The notes under the pieces are model-generated. The model ran no database searches. It saw only the letters and a list, made by a program, of their open reading frames with translations, and was not told the origin of the DNA. A DNA stretch of 64,000 nucleotides from Deltaproteobacteria bacterium (GTDB taxonomy: Bacteria; Myxococcota; Kuafuiibacteriia; Kuafuiibacteriales; Kuafuiibacteriaceae), in assembly GCA_040218735.1 (NCBI GenBank), contig JAVJQW010000007.1, forward strand, positions 217,714 to 281,713, written 5' to 3'. Positions 30,165 to 40,900 of the stretch are shown in pieces. Both the position numbers and the translations under genes were made by a program. Each line of letters starts with the position of its first letter. Position 1 is the stretch's first letter.

Positions 30165-32381
30165 ATGACAAACGCTCGCTGGTTCCTCGCTGCCTCCGCG
30201 CTCCTCTGTTTCGCCTGTGAAGCGCCCAACACCCGCCTGCCGGTCGACCCCGGCACCCCCGTGACCCCCAAGGACCCACCCGGCGTCGAACAAGAGCGCC
30301 AGCGCCTCCTCGCCGAGCTGGAGGCCACCCGCGACCTGAGCCCGCAGGACTTCGGCGCGAAGTACGGGCTCGACTTCGAGTCGCTCTCCCCGATGACGCC
30401 GACCGGCATCGACCACTACCCCCTCATCCAGGCGTCGTCGCTCGCGCTCGACAGCAACGAAGAGTCGCGCCTGACGCAGGACGGCTTCGTCATCACCGAC
30501 CGGCGCAGCTTCCCGAGCTTCCTGTACGGGTACCAGACCATCTACATGGAGGACCTCCCGGTCTACGTCTCCGCGGACTCGATCCTGCACGCGCTGCACT
30601 CGAGCTACGACGAGATCCTCAAGACGATCGAGGTCCTCTCGCTGATCGGCGAGCTCGACTCGATGCTCACCGCCATGCGCGCGAACCTGCAGGCCGGCGC
30701 CGCGAACGCGGTCGGCGCGCAGGCCGTCGAGGACGTCGACTTCTACCTCGCCGTCGCCGCGAGCCTCCTGAACGACCAGGTCGTCGCGCCCGTCGCGAGC
30801 GCGGACCCGGCGCTCGTGCAGCAGTTCTTCGACGGCGCCCAGTCGGCCAACGGTTGGGAGCAGCGCGTGATGTTCGGCGTGCCGCGGGACTTCGACTTCT
30901 CGCAGTTCAAGCCGCGCGGGCACTACACCGACTCGCCGGATCTGGAGCGTTACTTCCGCGCGATGATGTGGCTCGGCCGCATCGACCTCCGCATGATCGA
31001 GACGCAGCCCGACCACTCGCAGCGCTTCCACCGCCGCCAGGTCGAAGGCGCGTTTGCGCTGCTCGCGACGATGGACCAAAAGGCGATCGACGCGTGGGGC
31101 CGCATCGACGGGACCGTCGAGGCGTTCGTCGGTGAGTCCGACAACATGCGCGTCCCGGAGCTGAAGCAGCTCCTCGCGGACCTCCGCGTCGGGGAGCTGT
31201 CGGACCTCTCCACCATCGCGGACGACGAAATCGTCGCGGCGATCACCGCGGGCGGCTACGGCCAGCAGCGCATCTCGAGCCACATCATGATCAACGGTCT
31301 GGGTGAAGGAACGATGCCGCTGTCGTCGACGTTCATGCTCCTCGGCCAGCGCTACGTCGTCGACTCCCACGTGTTCTCGAACGTCGTCTACGACCGCGTG
31401 CAGGGCGGCAACGTGCGCCGCATGATGCCCAACCCGCTCGACGCCGCGTTCGCGGCCCTCGGCAACGACCAGGCCGGCCTCTACCTCGACGCCGAGCTGC
31501 AGCAGTTCTCGTACGCGCCCGACCTCCACGCGATGCGCTTCCTGACCGACGCCCACGGCGACGCGTTCTGGAGCGGCAACCTCTACAACCGCTGGCTCAC
31601 CGCGCTGCGCGCGTTGTCGCCGAACGCCGAGACGCAGGACCCGGCCGCGCACGGCCTCCCGCAGATCGTCGCCACCGAGGCGTGGGGTCGTCGCATCCTC
31701 AACACGCAGCTCGCGTCCTGGGCGGAGCTGCGGCACGACACGATCCTCTACGCGAAGCAGTCGTACACCGGCGGCGCGTCGTGTGAGTACCCGGACGCGT
31801 ACGTCGACCCGTACCCCGAGCTGTACGCCGCGCTCGTCGCGTTCGCGCAGCACGGTCGGCAGATCGTGATGAACCTCGACACCACCGCGTCGCTCGCTTC
31901 GATCGTCACGTACTTCGACGAGCTGGAAGACGTCGCGTCGACGCTGCAGGAGATGGCCGAGCACCAGCGGACCGGCACCGCGCTGAAGGAAGAGCACCTC
32001 GCGTTCATCAATGACGCGGTCGTGGTCGACGCCGGCTGCGGCGACCCCGTCAACGCGCACGGCTGGTTCGCGCGGCTGTACTTCGACCGCGCCGCGGGCG
32101 CGCGCTTCGACCCGACGATCGCCGACGTGCACACCCAGCCCACCGACGAGGTCGGCAACCCGGTCGGTCGTGTCCTGCACGTGGGGACCGGCGGGCCGCG
32201 CCTGATGGTCACGACGATCGAGACCTGCACCGGCCAGCGGGCCTACGTGGGGCTCACGTCGAGCTACTACGAGCACATCACGGAGAACTTCGAGCGCCTC
32301 GACGACGAGGACTGGACGGGCGTCGTCCAGCGGACGCCCCCCGCGGATGCGCCGTGGTTGGCGCCGATCATCGTGCGCTGA
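30165..32381 (+). CDS. DUF3160 domain lipoprotein
   Basis: Lipobox FAC; DFSQFKPRGHYT, YFRAMMWLGR, LASWAELRHDTILYAKQSY. Confidence 0.85.
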   Translation: MTNARWFLAASALLCFACEAPNTRLPVDPGTPVTPKDPPGVEQERQRLLAELEATRDLSPQDFGAKYGLDFESLSPMTPTGIDHYPLIQASSLALDSNEESRLTQDGFVITDRRSFPSFLYGYQTIYMEDLPVYVSADSILHALHSSYDEILKTIEVLSLIGELDSMLTAMRANLQAGAANAVGAQAVEDVDFYLAVAASLLNDQVVAPVASADPALVQQFFDGAQSANGWEQRVMFGVPRDFDFSQFKPRGHYTDSPDLERYFRAMMWLGRIDLRMIETQPDHSQRFHRRQVEGAFALLATMDQKAIDAWGRIDGTVEAFVGESDNMRVPELKQLLADLRVGELSDLSTIADDEIVAAITAGGYGQQRISSHIMINGLGEGTMPLSSTFMLLGQRYVVDSHVFSNVVYDRVQGGNVRRMMPNPLDAAFAALGNDQAGLYLDAELQQFSYAPDLHAMRFLTDAHGDAFWSGNLYNRWLTALRALSPNAETQDPAAHGLPQIVATEAWGRRILNTQLASWAELRHDTILYAKQSYTGGASCEYPDAYVDPYPELYAALVAFAQHGRQIVMNLDTTASLASIVTYFDELEDVASTLQEMAEHQRTGTALKEEHLAFINDAVVVDAGCGDPVNAHGWFARLYFDRAAGARFDPTIADVHTQPTDEVGNPVGRVLHVGTGGPRLMVTTIETCTGQRAYVGLTSSYYEHITENFERLDDEDWTGVVQRTPPADAPWLAPIIVR

Positions 32382-32435
32382 TCGACCGCGGATCGTCGGG
32401 CACTCGATTCCCTGCTATCGTTCGGTCCCGAGGTC

Positions 32436-33986
32436 ATGCGCTTCGGGATCGACTTCGGAACGACGCGAACGGTCGTCGCACTCGCGGATCGGGGCAACTA
32501 TCCGATCGCCGGGTTCGAGACGGCGGACGGCGAGGATCTCGACTACTACCCGACGGTGGTCGCCGAGCGTGACGGCGAGCTGATCTTCGGCCCGCAGGCG
32601 CTCGCCGCCGAGGAGGGCACGATCGTGCGCTCCTTCAAGCGGCTGCTCGGTGCGTCACAGGTAGCGCCCGATCTGATCGTTCGGATCGGGCGCGTCGAGA
32701 CCACGCTGCTCGGGTTGCTGACGGGCTTCTTCTCCGCGCTCCTCCACGACCTGCTGCACCACTCGACGCTCGACGTCGAAGACGAGCCGCACCAGGCGAT
32801 CGTCGCGACGCCCGCGAACGCACACAGCGCGCAGCGTTTCATCACGTTGGAGGCCGCGCGCGCCGCGGGCTTCGACGTCATCGCGATGATGAACGAGCCG
32901 TCGGCGGCGGGTGTCGAGTACGCGCACCGGCACCAGCGCACGCTGACGTCGCGACGTGAGCTCGTGCTTGTCTACGACCTCGGCGGTGGCACGTTCGACG
33001 CGTCGCTGGTTTCGATGCAGGGGCAGTCCCACGACGTCCTCGACTCGGCGGGCATCAAGCGCCTCGGGGGCGACGACTTCGACCGGGTGCTGTTCGAGCA
33101 GGCGCTCGCGTTGGTCGACGTCGATCCCGGCGCGCTCGACGAAGGCGACGAACGACGGCTGCTCGAACACTGTCGCCAGCAGAAGGAGCGGCTGCACCCC
33201 AGCTCGAAGAAGATCGTCGTCGACGTCGGCGCGTGTCTGAGCGCGGCGACGCAGAAGCGGCTTGACGTCGGCGAAGAGCTGAGCAGCGTGCTGAAGGCGT
33301 CGCGGTACTACGAGGCGTGTGAGCCGTTGGTGGTGAAGACACTCGAAGTGCTCGCACGTGTGCTGCCGGGCAACCTCGACGAGGACGCGCTCGATCGCAT
33401 CGCGGGGGTGTACGTGGTTGGTGGCGCGAGCGCGTTGCCTTGTGTGGCGCGGGCGCTGCGCGAGTGGTTCGGGCGTCGCGTGCGGCGGTCCCCATACCCT
33501 TCGGCGTCGACGGCGATCGGTCTCGCGATCGCGTTCGACGAGGGGAGCGAGGTGCATGTGCAGGAGCGCCTCGCGCGCAACTTTGGCGTGTTCCGCGAGG
33601 CGAGCGACGGGGCCGAGGTGGTCTTCGACGCGTTGATCGATCGGAGCGCGGCGGTCCCGTCGCAGGTCGCGCCGGCGACGGACCTGGTGCGCACGTACCG
33701 TCCCACCCACAACGTCGGGCACTTTCGGTACGTGGAGTGCGGGTGGCTCGACGACAGCGGCGCGCCGGCCGGCGACATCACGCCGTACGGGGACGTCTAC
33801 TTCCCGTTCGATACGACGCTCCGCGGGCGACGGGGACTGGAGGAAGTCGCGATCGAGCGTACCCCGGGTGAGGGCCCGCGGATCGAGGAGCGGTACCGGA
33901 TCGACGCGTCGGGTGTCGTGAGTGTGACCATTCGTGACCTCGACTCCGGGTACGAGAAGCGGCACCGCATCGGTCCGGTCCGGTGA
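32436..33986 (+). CDS. Atypical Hsp70-family protein
   Basis: GIDFGTT, NEPSAA, YDLGGGTFD, LGGDDFD, VVGGAS; short divergent C-terminus. Confidence 0.85.
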   Translation: MRFGIDFGTTRTVVALADRGNYPIAGFETADGEDLDYYPTVVAERDGELIFGPQALAAEEGTIVRSFKRLLGASQVAPDLIVRIGRVETTLLGLLTGFFSALLHDLLHHSTLDVEDEPHQAIVATPANAHSAQRFITLEAARAAGFDVIAMMNEPSAAGVEYAHRHQRTLTSRRELVLVYDLGGGTFDASLVSMQGQSHDVLDSAGIKRLGGDDFDRVLFEQALALVDVDPGALDEGDERRLLEHCRQQKERLHPSSKKIVVDVGACLSAATQKRLDVGEELSSVLKASRYYEACEPLVVKTLEVLARVLPGNLDEDALDRIAGVYVVGGASALPCVARALREWFGRRVRRSPYPSASTAIGLAIAFDEGSEVHVQERLARNFGVFREASDGAEVVFDALIDRSAAVPSQVAPATDLVRTYRPTHNVGHFRYVECGWLDDSGAPAGDITPYGDVYFPFDTTLRGRRGLEEVAIERTPGEGPRIEERYRIDASGVVSVTIRDLDSGYEKRHRIGPVR

Positions 33987-34057
33987 CGCGGGGGCGGTCG
34001 TCTTGACTCGCAGGCATGGGCGTGGGAACCACCTCGGCCTGAAAGGAATCAGATACG

Positions 34058-34633
34058 ATGGCATTTGAACTTCCCGCGCTCCCCTTCGAAAAGAACGCGC
34101 TCGAGCCGCACATCTCGGCCGAGACGCTCGACTACCACCACGGCAAGCACCACAACGCTTACGTGACCAAGCTGAACGCGCTGACCGAGGGCACGGACAA
34201 CGCGAACAAGAGCCTGGAAGAGCTCATCAAGACGACCGAGGGTGGCCTGTTCAACCAGGCGGCGCAGGTCTGGAACCACACGTTCTACTGGAACAGCATG
34301 AGCCCGAACGGCGGCGGCGCTCCGAGCGGCGCGATCGCGGACGCGATCAACGCGGCGTTCGGCAGCTTCGACGACTTCAAGGCGAAGTTCACCGCGGCGG
34401 CCGGCGGCCAGTTCGGCTCGGGCTGGGCGTGGCTCGTGAAGAACGGCGACGGCAAGCTGGAGATCTGCACGACGGCGAACGCCGGCAACCCGCTGACGGA
34501 CGGCAAGACGCCGGTCCTCACGTGCGACGTCTGGGAGCACGCGTACTACGTCGACTACCGCAACGCGCGCCCGAAGTACCTGGAGGCCTGGTGGAACCTG
34601 GTGAACTGGGACTTCGCAAACGCGAACCTCTGA
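34058..34633 (+). CDS. sodB: Fe superoxide dismutase
   Basis: HHGKHH, AAQVWNH (Fe-type signature), FGSGW, DVWEHAYY. Confidence 0.93.
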   Translation: MAFELPALPFEKNALEPHISAETLDYHHGKHHNAYVTKLNALTEGTDNANKSLEELIKTTEGGLFNQAAQVWNHTFYWNSMSPNGGGAPSGAIADAINAAFGSFDDFKAKFTAAAGGQFGSGWAWLVKNGDGKLEICTTANAGNPLTDGKTPVLTCDVWEHAYYVDYRNARPKYLEAWWNLVNWDFANANL

Positions 34634-34660
34634 TCTGAATCAGCATCCGAGGTGAAGGAG

Positions 34661-34696
34661 AGGGCGGCTGCCGAGGGATCGGTGGTCGCCCTTTTT
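34661..34696 (+). terminator. Rho-independent terminator after sodB
   Basis: AGGGCGGCTGCCGA-GGGA-TCGGTGGTCGCCCT stem (with G-U pairs) followed by a T run. Confidence 0.75.
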
Positions 34697-35728
34697 CTAT
34701 TCAGTGGACTCGAGGATCTCGAGGTTCGTTCGACCGAGCGTCTGACCGCTCGCCGTCTCGACCGCGCACCGCCACTCGCCGCGCGGCGCCTTCGTCAGTC
34801 GTTTCTTGATCGACCACGTCCTGAAGCCGGCTTCGCGACCGCCGCGTACGTCGAGCGCGACGCGATCCACGACGTGGCCGTCCTTCCACCACACGTGGAA
34901 CAGCTCGTCCTTCAGGCCGCGCGGCGCGGCGATGGCGGTGGCGCACACCAGCTGCTCGGGGACGTCGGGTAGCTCGTCCGTGGGGTCCGCGACCCAGCGG
35001 TCGGCGATCTGCGTGCCCATCGCCGCGTCGGCGAGCTCGAGCGGCGCGGGCGGCACGAACGCGGCGCCGCCGAACACGATGAACAGCGGGAACAGCGCGA
35101 CGGCGGCGGCGTTGAACGCGAGCCGGTACGCGAGGTTTTCGAAGCGCAGGCCGTAGAGCCGGAGGAGCGCGGGGATAAGCGCGCTCGTGGCGATCGCGGC
35201 GCCGTAGAGGCTGACGCGGTTCGACAGGCCCATGACCGGGAGGATGCAGTTGACCGCGGCGAAGGTCGCGAACGCGAGGAGCGCCGCGCTCGCGAGGCGG
35301 CTCCTGAACACGAACTCGTAGAGCGGATCCCACAGCGTGAGCGCGCACGCGACGAGGAGCAGGTCGAAGAAGAAGAGGTGTCCGAAGTGGAACGACAGCG
35401 CGCCCCAGTAGAACGGGAGCGCGAAGAAGAGGCAGAGCTGGATGAGGCTCTGCGATCCCATCACGGCGGAGAAGCTGACGACCTTCGCGAAGACGGCCTT
35501 CTTGCCTTCGAGTTGATCGGCGTCGAGGCTGCCCATGAAGACGAAGGCGCCGAGCAGCAGCCACATGCCGACGGCGGCGGTCGCGATCATCCACGCGTTC
35601 TCGGGGCGGCGGTCCATCATCACGCCGCCGGCGACGCCGAGGACGAGTGAGAACCACGGCAGCCACGGGCGTGCCTTCGCGAAGAGCGCCTCGAACTTCT
35701 TTCGTCGTTCTTCCGTCAGCCAGCGCAT
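34697..35728 (-). CDS. Membrane protein, DUF5924 + DUF2914-like
   Basis: Multiple TM helices (FFALPFY); C-terminal TAI.AP.GL...HVW..GGR..GFRTWS.K..GEWR..VET. Confidence 0.75.
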   Translation of the reverse strand: MRWLTEERRKKFEALFAKARPWLPWFSLVLGVAGGVMMDRRPENAWMIATAAVGMWLLLGAFVFMGSLDADQLEGKKAVFAKVVSFSAVMGSQSLIQLCLFFALPFYWGALSFHFGHLFFFDLLLVACALTLWDPLYEFVFRSRLASAALLAFATFAAVNCILPVMGLSNRVSLYGAAIATSALIPALLRLYGLRFENLAYRLAFNAAAVALFPLFIVFGGAAFVPPAPLELADAAMGTQIADRWVADPTDELPDVPEQLVCATAIAAPRGLKDELFHVWWKDGHVVDRVALDVRGGREAGFRTWSIKKRLTKAPRGEWRCAVETASGQTLGRTNLEILESTE

Positions 35729-35913
35729 CGAAGCGAGACGGATCTTGGGACGGGTGCGCGAGGAACGTCGAGCCGCGATTCTTCGCGTATTCGAGGCGAG
35801 TGCCGGGCCTCGAAAGCCCCAAATAGGCGGATGTCGCAGGAACGCTCCGAAAGCCCACGTTGTCGCGAGGGTGGCCGTATCGCAGGATGCGACGAGGAGC
35901 CCGCACGCGTCCT

Positions 35914-37941
35914 ATGCCTCGAGTCGTACCAGCCCGAATCGTCACGCCGACCGGCGACCGCATCGATGGTGACATCGCCAACCTCACCGCGACCGGTGTC
36001 TTCTTTCGCACGTCGACGCCGCTTCAGTTCGGCCAGTCCGTGACCGTGAAGATGCTCGGCCAGACCATGCCCGGGCAGGTCTTGTTCGTCAGCGTCGATC
36101 CCGAGGGCGCCGTGTTGTCGCTCCGCCCGTCCGAGGCGGCGCTGCCGGTGTTGATGCAGACCGCGCACGAGGTCGCGCAGGTCGGCGGACCACCGCCCGA
36201 CGAGGACGACCCGTGGGGCGATCCGAACCAGGCGACCGTCGTGAGCCTCGACGGCGAGCCCGCCAAGCTCCCGACCGGAGACCTGGAGGTGGTGGCGGCC
36301 GAACCGGACGCGGTCGGCATCGATGCAAGCCTGCTTGCGGCGGCGTCGATGGACGACCAGTCCGCGATCGACATCCCGATCCTCGATCCGGAGATCGGCG
36401 ACGAGGATCAGACCATCCCGCCCGAGCGTGAAGTCGCCGCCGTCGCAGTGCCGCTCCCTCGGGCGTCCACGCCCGTGCCGCCAAGGTCGGGCTCGATCAC
36501 CCGCTCGCGCACGGCGCTGCCGCGCAGCCCGAGCGGTCTCCCGCCGCCGTCTCGGGGCGCATCGGGCGCCGGCCTGCCGGCCCCGGTCGCGCGGAGCGCT
36601 TCCCACGCGCGTCCGCGCTCTGCCTCGGGCGCTGGGTTGCCGGCGCCTTCGGGCGGCGCCGCACCGGCGCGTGCCTCCTCGGGCGCTGGGTTGCCGGCGC
36701 CTTCGAAACCTTCGGCGCCGGCGCGTGCATCGTCAGGGGTCGGGCTCCCGACGTCGCAACCTTCGGCGCCGGCGCGTGCTTCGTCGGGCGTCGGGCTCCC
36801 GACGTCGCAGCCTTCGGCACCGGCGCGTGCATCGTCGGGCGTCGGTTCGCCTGCGTCGAAACCTTCGGCGCCGGCGCGTGCATCGTCGGGCGTCGGTTCG
36901 CCTGCGTCCAAACCTTCGGCGCCGGCGCGTGCATCGTCGGGCGTCGGGCTCCCGGCGGCGCAGCCTTCGGCATCGACGTCGTCGAGCGATGGCTCCGCCT
37001 CGTCGTCTGCGGCGACGCTCCCGACATCCTCGGTGCCTGCGCGGGCGACGTCCGGGGCGCGCCTCCCCGCCGCACGCGCGCGCGGCGCATCGAGCGCTGG
37101 TCTGCCGGCGGCGGTGCCTTCCGGGCCGGCGGCTTCCGCGTCCGAGCCCGCGAATCCTTCGATGCTCGACGAGCCGATGCGGCCGGAGCCGAGGGCGGTG
37201 GAGGAGGTCCCGATGACGACGTCGGACCTCGTCGCGTCCCCGCCCGACGTGATCATTCCGCCGCCGCCCGCCGATACGTCACCGAAGTCGCTCGCCGACG
37301 ACTTGATGTCGCCGGCCATCGGCGGTGCGGGCGCCTGGAGCGGTGACACCGAGGTGCCCGCCGACGACCCGCCGGAGGCGAGCTCGGACGACATGCTCGC
37401 GGAGCCGATGCACCCGTCGGGCGACACGACCGATGCCGTGTCCGCGAACGCACCCGGCGCGATGGCGACGAGCGAGGACCTCCCGATCTTCACGTACGAG
37501 GCGACCGCAGACGAGGTCGCGAGCTCGGCGTCGGATGACGATGAGCCGGACTTCGAGATCGATGAGGTGTCGGAGCCGGTCGAGGTTGCCGCGCGGCCCG
37601 AGAGCGGTGGGCTTCAGCTCGTCCCCTCGGCCGACGAGGCGCCGCCGTCGGCCGACGCGAGCCTGCCCAAGCTGGACCGCGACGGTTACACGGTGCGTTT
37701 CGCTTCGCCGGACGCCTATGCAGTGCAGTACGCGGCGAACATCGAACACGGCGGACTCGTCGTGCTCGCCGACGCGCTCCCGCTCGGCACCCAACGCATG
37801 CTCGCCCTCGAAGTCCCGGGCAGCACCGCGTACACGGTGAGCGCGCGGGTCATCTACCACCAAGACGGGAAGCTCGGCTTCATGCTCGACAGCTTCAGCC
37901 TCCACAAGACGCAGCTCAAGCGCCTCGCCGAAGCGAGTTAG
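35914..37941 (+). CDS. Protein with N- and C-terminal PilZ-like domains joined by a long disordered Pro/Ser/Ala and acidic linker
   Basis: N-terminal G.IANLTATGVF; C-terminal Y..NIEHGGL.V...LPLG..L.L.VP...V.ARV; start uncertain (35860-35914). Confidence 0.65.
   Translation: MPRVVPARIVTPTGDRIDGDIANLTATGVFFRTSTPLQFGQSVTVKMLGQTMPGQVLFVSVDPEGAVLSLRPSEAALPVLMQTAHEVAQVGGPPPDEDDPWGDPNQATVVSLDGEPAKLPTGDLEVVAAEPDAVGIDASLLAAASMDDQSAIDIPILDPEIGDEDQTIPPEREVAAVAVPLPRASTPVPPRSGSITRSRTALPRSPSGLPPPSRGASGAGLPAPVARSASHARPRSASGAGLPAPSGGAAPARASSGAGLPAPSKPSAPARASSGVGLPTSQPSAPARASSGVGLPTSQPSAPARASSGVGSPASKPSAPARASSGVGSPASKPSAPARASSGVGLPAAQPSASTSSSDGSASSSAATLPTSSVPARATSGARLPAARARGASSAGLPAAVPSGPAASASEPANPSMLDEPMRPEPRAVEEVPMTTSDLVASPPDVIIPPPPADTSPKSLADDLMSPAIGGAGAWSGDTEVPADDPPEASSDDMLAEPMHPSGDTTDAVSANAPGAMATSEDLPIFTYEATADEVASSASDDDEPDFEIDEVSEPVEVAARPESGGLQLVPSADEAPPSADASLPKLDRDGYTVRFASPDAYAVQYAANIEHGGLVVLADALPLGTQRMLALEVPGSTAYTVSARVIYHQDGKLGFMLDSFSLHKTQLKRLAEAS
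36709..36963 (+). repeat. Five tandem 51-bp coding repeats (PSAPARASSGVG[L/S]P[T/A]x[Q/K]), with degenerate copies upstream
   Basis: Units begin CCTTCGGC at 36709, 36760, 36811, 36862 and 36913. Confidence 0.9.
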
Positions 37942-40900
37942 ATCGCCGCGAAGCGGGCGCCGAAGTCGGCGACGGTCGGTCGGTCCTCCGGGCGCTGGAC
38001 AGTGGCCGCATCGATCAGCTCGACCAACGCCGCCGGCGCGTTCTTCTCCAGCTGCTGCCTCGACGCCGTGTCGTCGAGCGGGGCGCGCTCCTGGTGCGCG
38101 AGGATGCGCGCGCCGAGCGCGATGCCTTCGAAGAAGGAGCGCCCCGTGAGCGTGCGGAAGATGGTCGCCGCGAGCGCGTAGACGTCGGTGTTCGGGTGCA
38201 CGCGGCCGCGCGTCTGTTCGGGGGCGAGGTAACCGGGCGTGCCGCTCACCACCTCCACGCCGCCGGCCGCAGCGAGCGTGCGTGCGACGCCGAAGTCGAT
38301 CACCACCGCGCCGAGCAGCGGGACGTCGTAGCGGTGGTCGATCGGCACGAAGTGGGGCGCCTCCGGAGGGAGCGGGAGACGCAGGAAGATGTTGCCGGGT
38401 TTGAGGTCGCAGTGGACGAGCCCGATGCGGTGCATCGCGACGAGGCCGTTGACGGTGTCCTCGACGATCGGGCGCAGCTCGTCGAACGTGACCGGTCCCG
38501 CCTCGTGGTACGTCGCGAGGTCGCAGCCGACGAGCCACTCCAGGACGAGGTATGGCTGGTCGTCGTCCCATCCGAAGTCGACGAAGTTGGCGACGTTCGG
38601 GTGGTACATTCGCTTGAGTAGATCCGCCTCCGTCGCGAGTGACACCCGCATGCTGTCTTGCTCCACCGTTCCCATCACCGCCGTGCGCGCGGGGAGGAGC
38701 TTCATCACGAAGGCGCGACCGACGGGCTCGCGCGTCACCCGCCACACTTCGCCCTGGGCGCCGCGACCGAGGAGCGTCTCGAGCCGGTAGGGGCCGATCT
38801 GCCGGAACGTTCGGTCGCCCCACGTCGAGCCGCTCCGTCGGATGGTCGAGAAACAGGCGCGGATGGCGGCCTCCACGACCGGACCGAGGAGCGGTCCTCC
38901 GGGGGCGCGCCACCGTTCGATCAGCGCGTCGTCGTCGCGCTCCGGTGAGCCGAGCGCGTTGACCGTCGTCGCCACCAGGTCGCGCATCGCTTCGTTCGGC
39001 CAGGTGATCTCCGCGTCCGTCGCGAGGGCGCGCGCGGGCTCGCCGAGGAGCTCGGAGAGCGTCGCCGTCGACTCGCCGAGCTCGATCACCGCGAGGCGGA
39101 TCTTCGTCGAGTCGCGCGAGTTGCGAGCCGCGGCGGCGCGGACGAGCGCGTTGGCGATCGCTTCGACCGTCGCGCGCAGCGCGGTGTTCTGCGCGCCGAG
39201 CTCGGTGAGCGCGTCGAGCGCGGTGCTCCGCCACCAGCCGTCCTCGGCGCGGTCGACGTCGGCGAAGACCTCGCGGAGTGTCTCGGCGCGGGTGCGCATC
39301 CGCCGGGGGATCGTGCCGCCGTCGTCGGTCTCGGCGCGTGCGACGAACTGCACGGCTTCATCGCTCGCCGCCGCGAAGCACCACCACGCGAGGAACTTCG
39401 ATTGGGCGTCGCGATCGCCGGGATCGAGGTTCGCTGCGTGCACGATGCGACCGACGAGCTCGCCGAGCGGCTTCTTGAAGCGCGACGCTTGGCGCTTCGA
39501 CGGCGCGCGAAGCCACTCCGGTCGTTCGATTGCACGCAGGACCGCGCGGACGTTCTCGCCGGAGGGCTCCGCGTCGATCACCATCCCGAGGACCCGCAGC
39601 GCCGTTCGGTGGAGCGCGAAGCTCGGCGTGTCGGTGTCCAACGTGTTGGCGGCGGTCTCGAGGATGTGCGCGAGGAGTGTGCTTCGGTCGATCGGGTTCG
39701 GTTCGGCGTCGGCCGCGGTGAGGAGGGTTGCGTACAGCCCGGTCGCTGCGGCGCGCGCGCACGACTCGATCGCAAACAGACGCGGCGCGAGCGGGCCGTC
39801 GACGTTCGACGCGGTGTCGAACGTCGCGGTGATCTGACGTGCGAGGGTCTGGGTTCGCACCGTGACCCGCGACGGGTCGGCGCCGAGCGCGACGTCCACG
39901 AGGCGATCCATCGCACCCTCGACGTCGGTGGGGTCCGGGTCGAGGTCGTCGAGGAAGTCGGTGCGCGCACGAATCTCGGTTGCGAGCAGCGCCTCCGCCG
40001 TGGACTTCGTCTCCCGCGCGGCGCGCTCCCGCGCCTCGGCGAGGAGCTGCCGGCCGGTACGATCCAACAGGCCGCGTCGGTGCGCCGCGAGCAGGCCGCC
40101 CGTCGCGCTCCACCACACCGCGAGGCCGTCCTCCGCGCGGAGGCGCCGCGCGAAGACCTCCCACAGATCACGACGCCCCACGATCAGGTGCGGGAGTGCG
40201 GGGCCGATCGCGGCGATCGTCCAGGCGTCGTCCTTGTCGTCGAGGAGTCGCTCGACGTGGGCGGTCGTCCACCACGCCTCGGCGCCCGGCATCGCCGCGA
40301 GCGCGCAGGTCGCCCGGCGGCGCTCCGAGAGGCGCTCGCTCTCCACCGCCGTGAATAACCAGGAGCGTGCGTCGCGGTGGTGCGCGGCGAGGCGGCCGAG
40401 CGCGATGGCGCTCGGGATCCACACGAGCGGATCGGCGTGGAGGATCAGCGCGCGGAGCGGTCGCAGTACGCCGGGGGCCGCGACGTCGGGGCGGTAACCG
40501 TCCGCGGCGGTGGCCAGCGCCCGCGCGGCGAGGATCCGATCGAAGAGTGTCTTGCGCGCGCGTTGCCCGACCATGCGGCGGAACGTCTCGCGGTGATCGA
40601 ACAACCACCGCGCGAGGCGCGGGATGGAGCGACCGTCGCGTCCGGCCCACCACAGCGCGAGATCGACGCGGCTCGCGGCGACCCGGTCATCGTCGAGCCA
40701 ATCCACCGAGCCGGTGAACGCGAGCGCCGCGAGTCGATCTTCGGGAGGACCGTGCTCGACGCGGCGGCGCGCGGCGCGTGAGAGGAGCGAAGGAGGTTGC
40801 AGCGCGTCCTCGGCGGCTTCGAAGAGGGGCGCGAGGTGGAGGTCGAAGTCCGCGGCGTTGGCTTCGGCCCACGCGAGGACCAGCGCGCCGAGGCGGCCTT

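Noticed and set aside
36560-36970. Tandem repeats considered as a CRISPR array
   Set aside because: No unique spacers, unit length is a multiple of 3, lies in frame within a CDS, no cas genes
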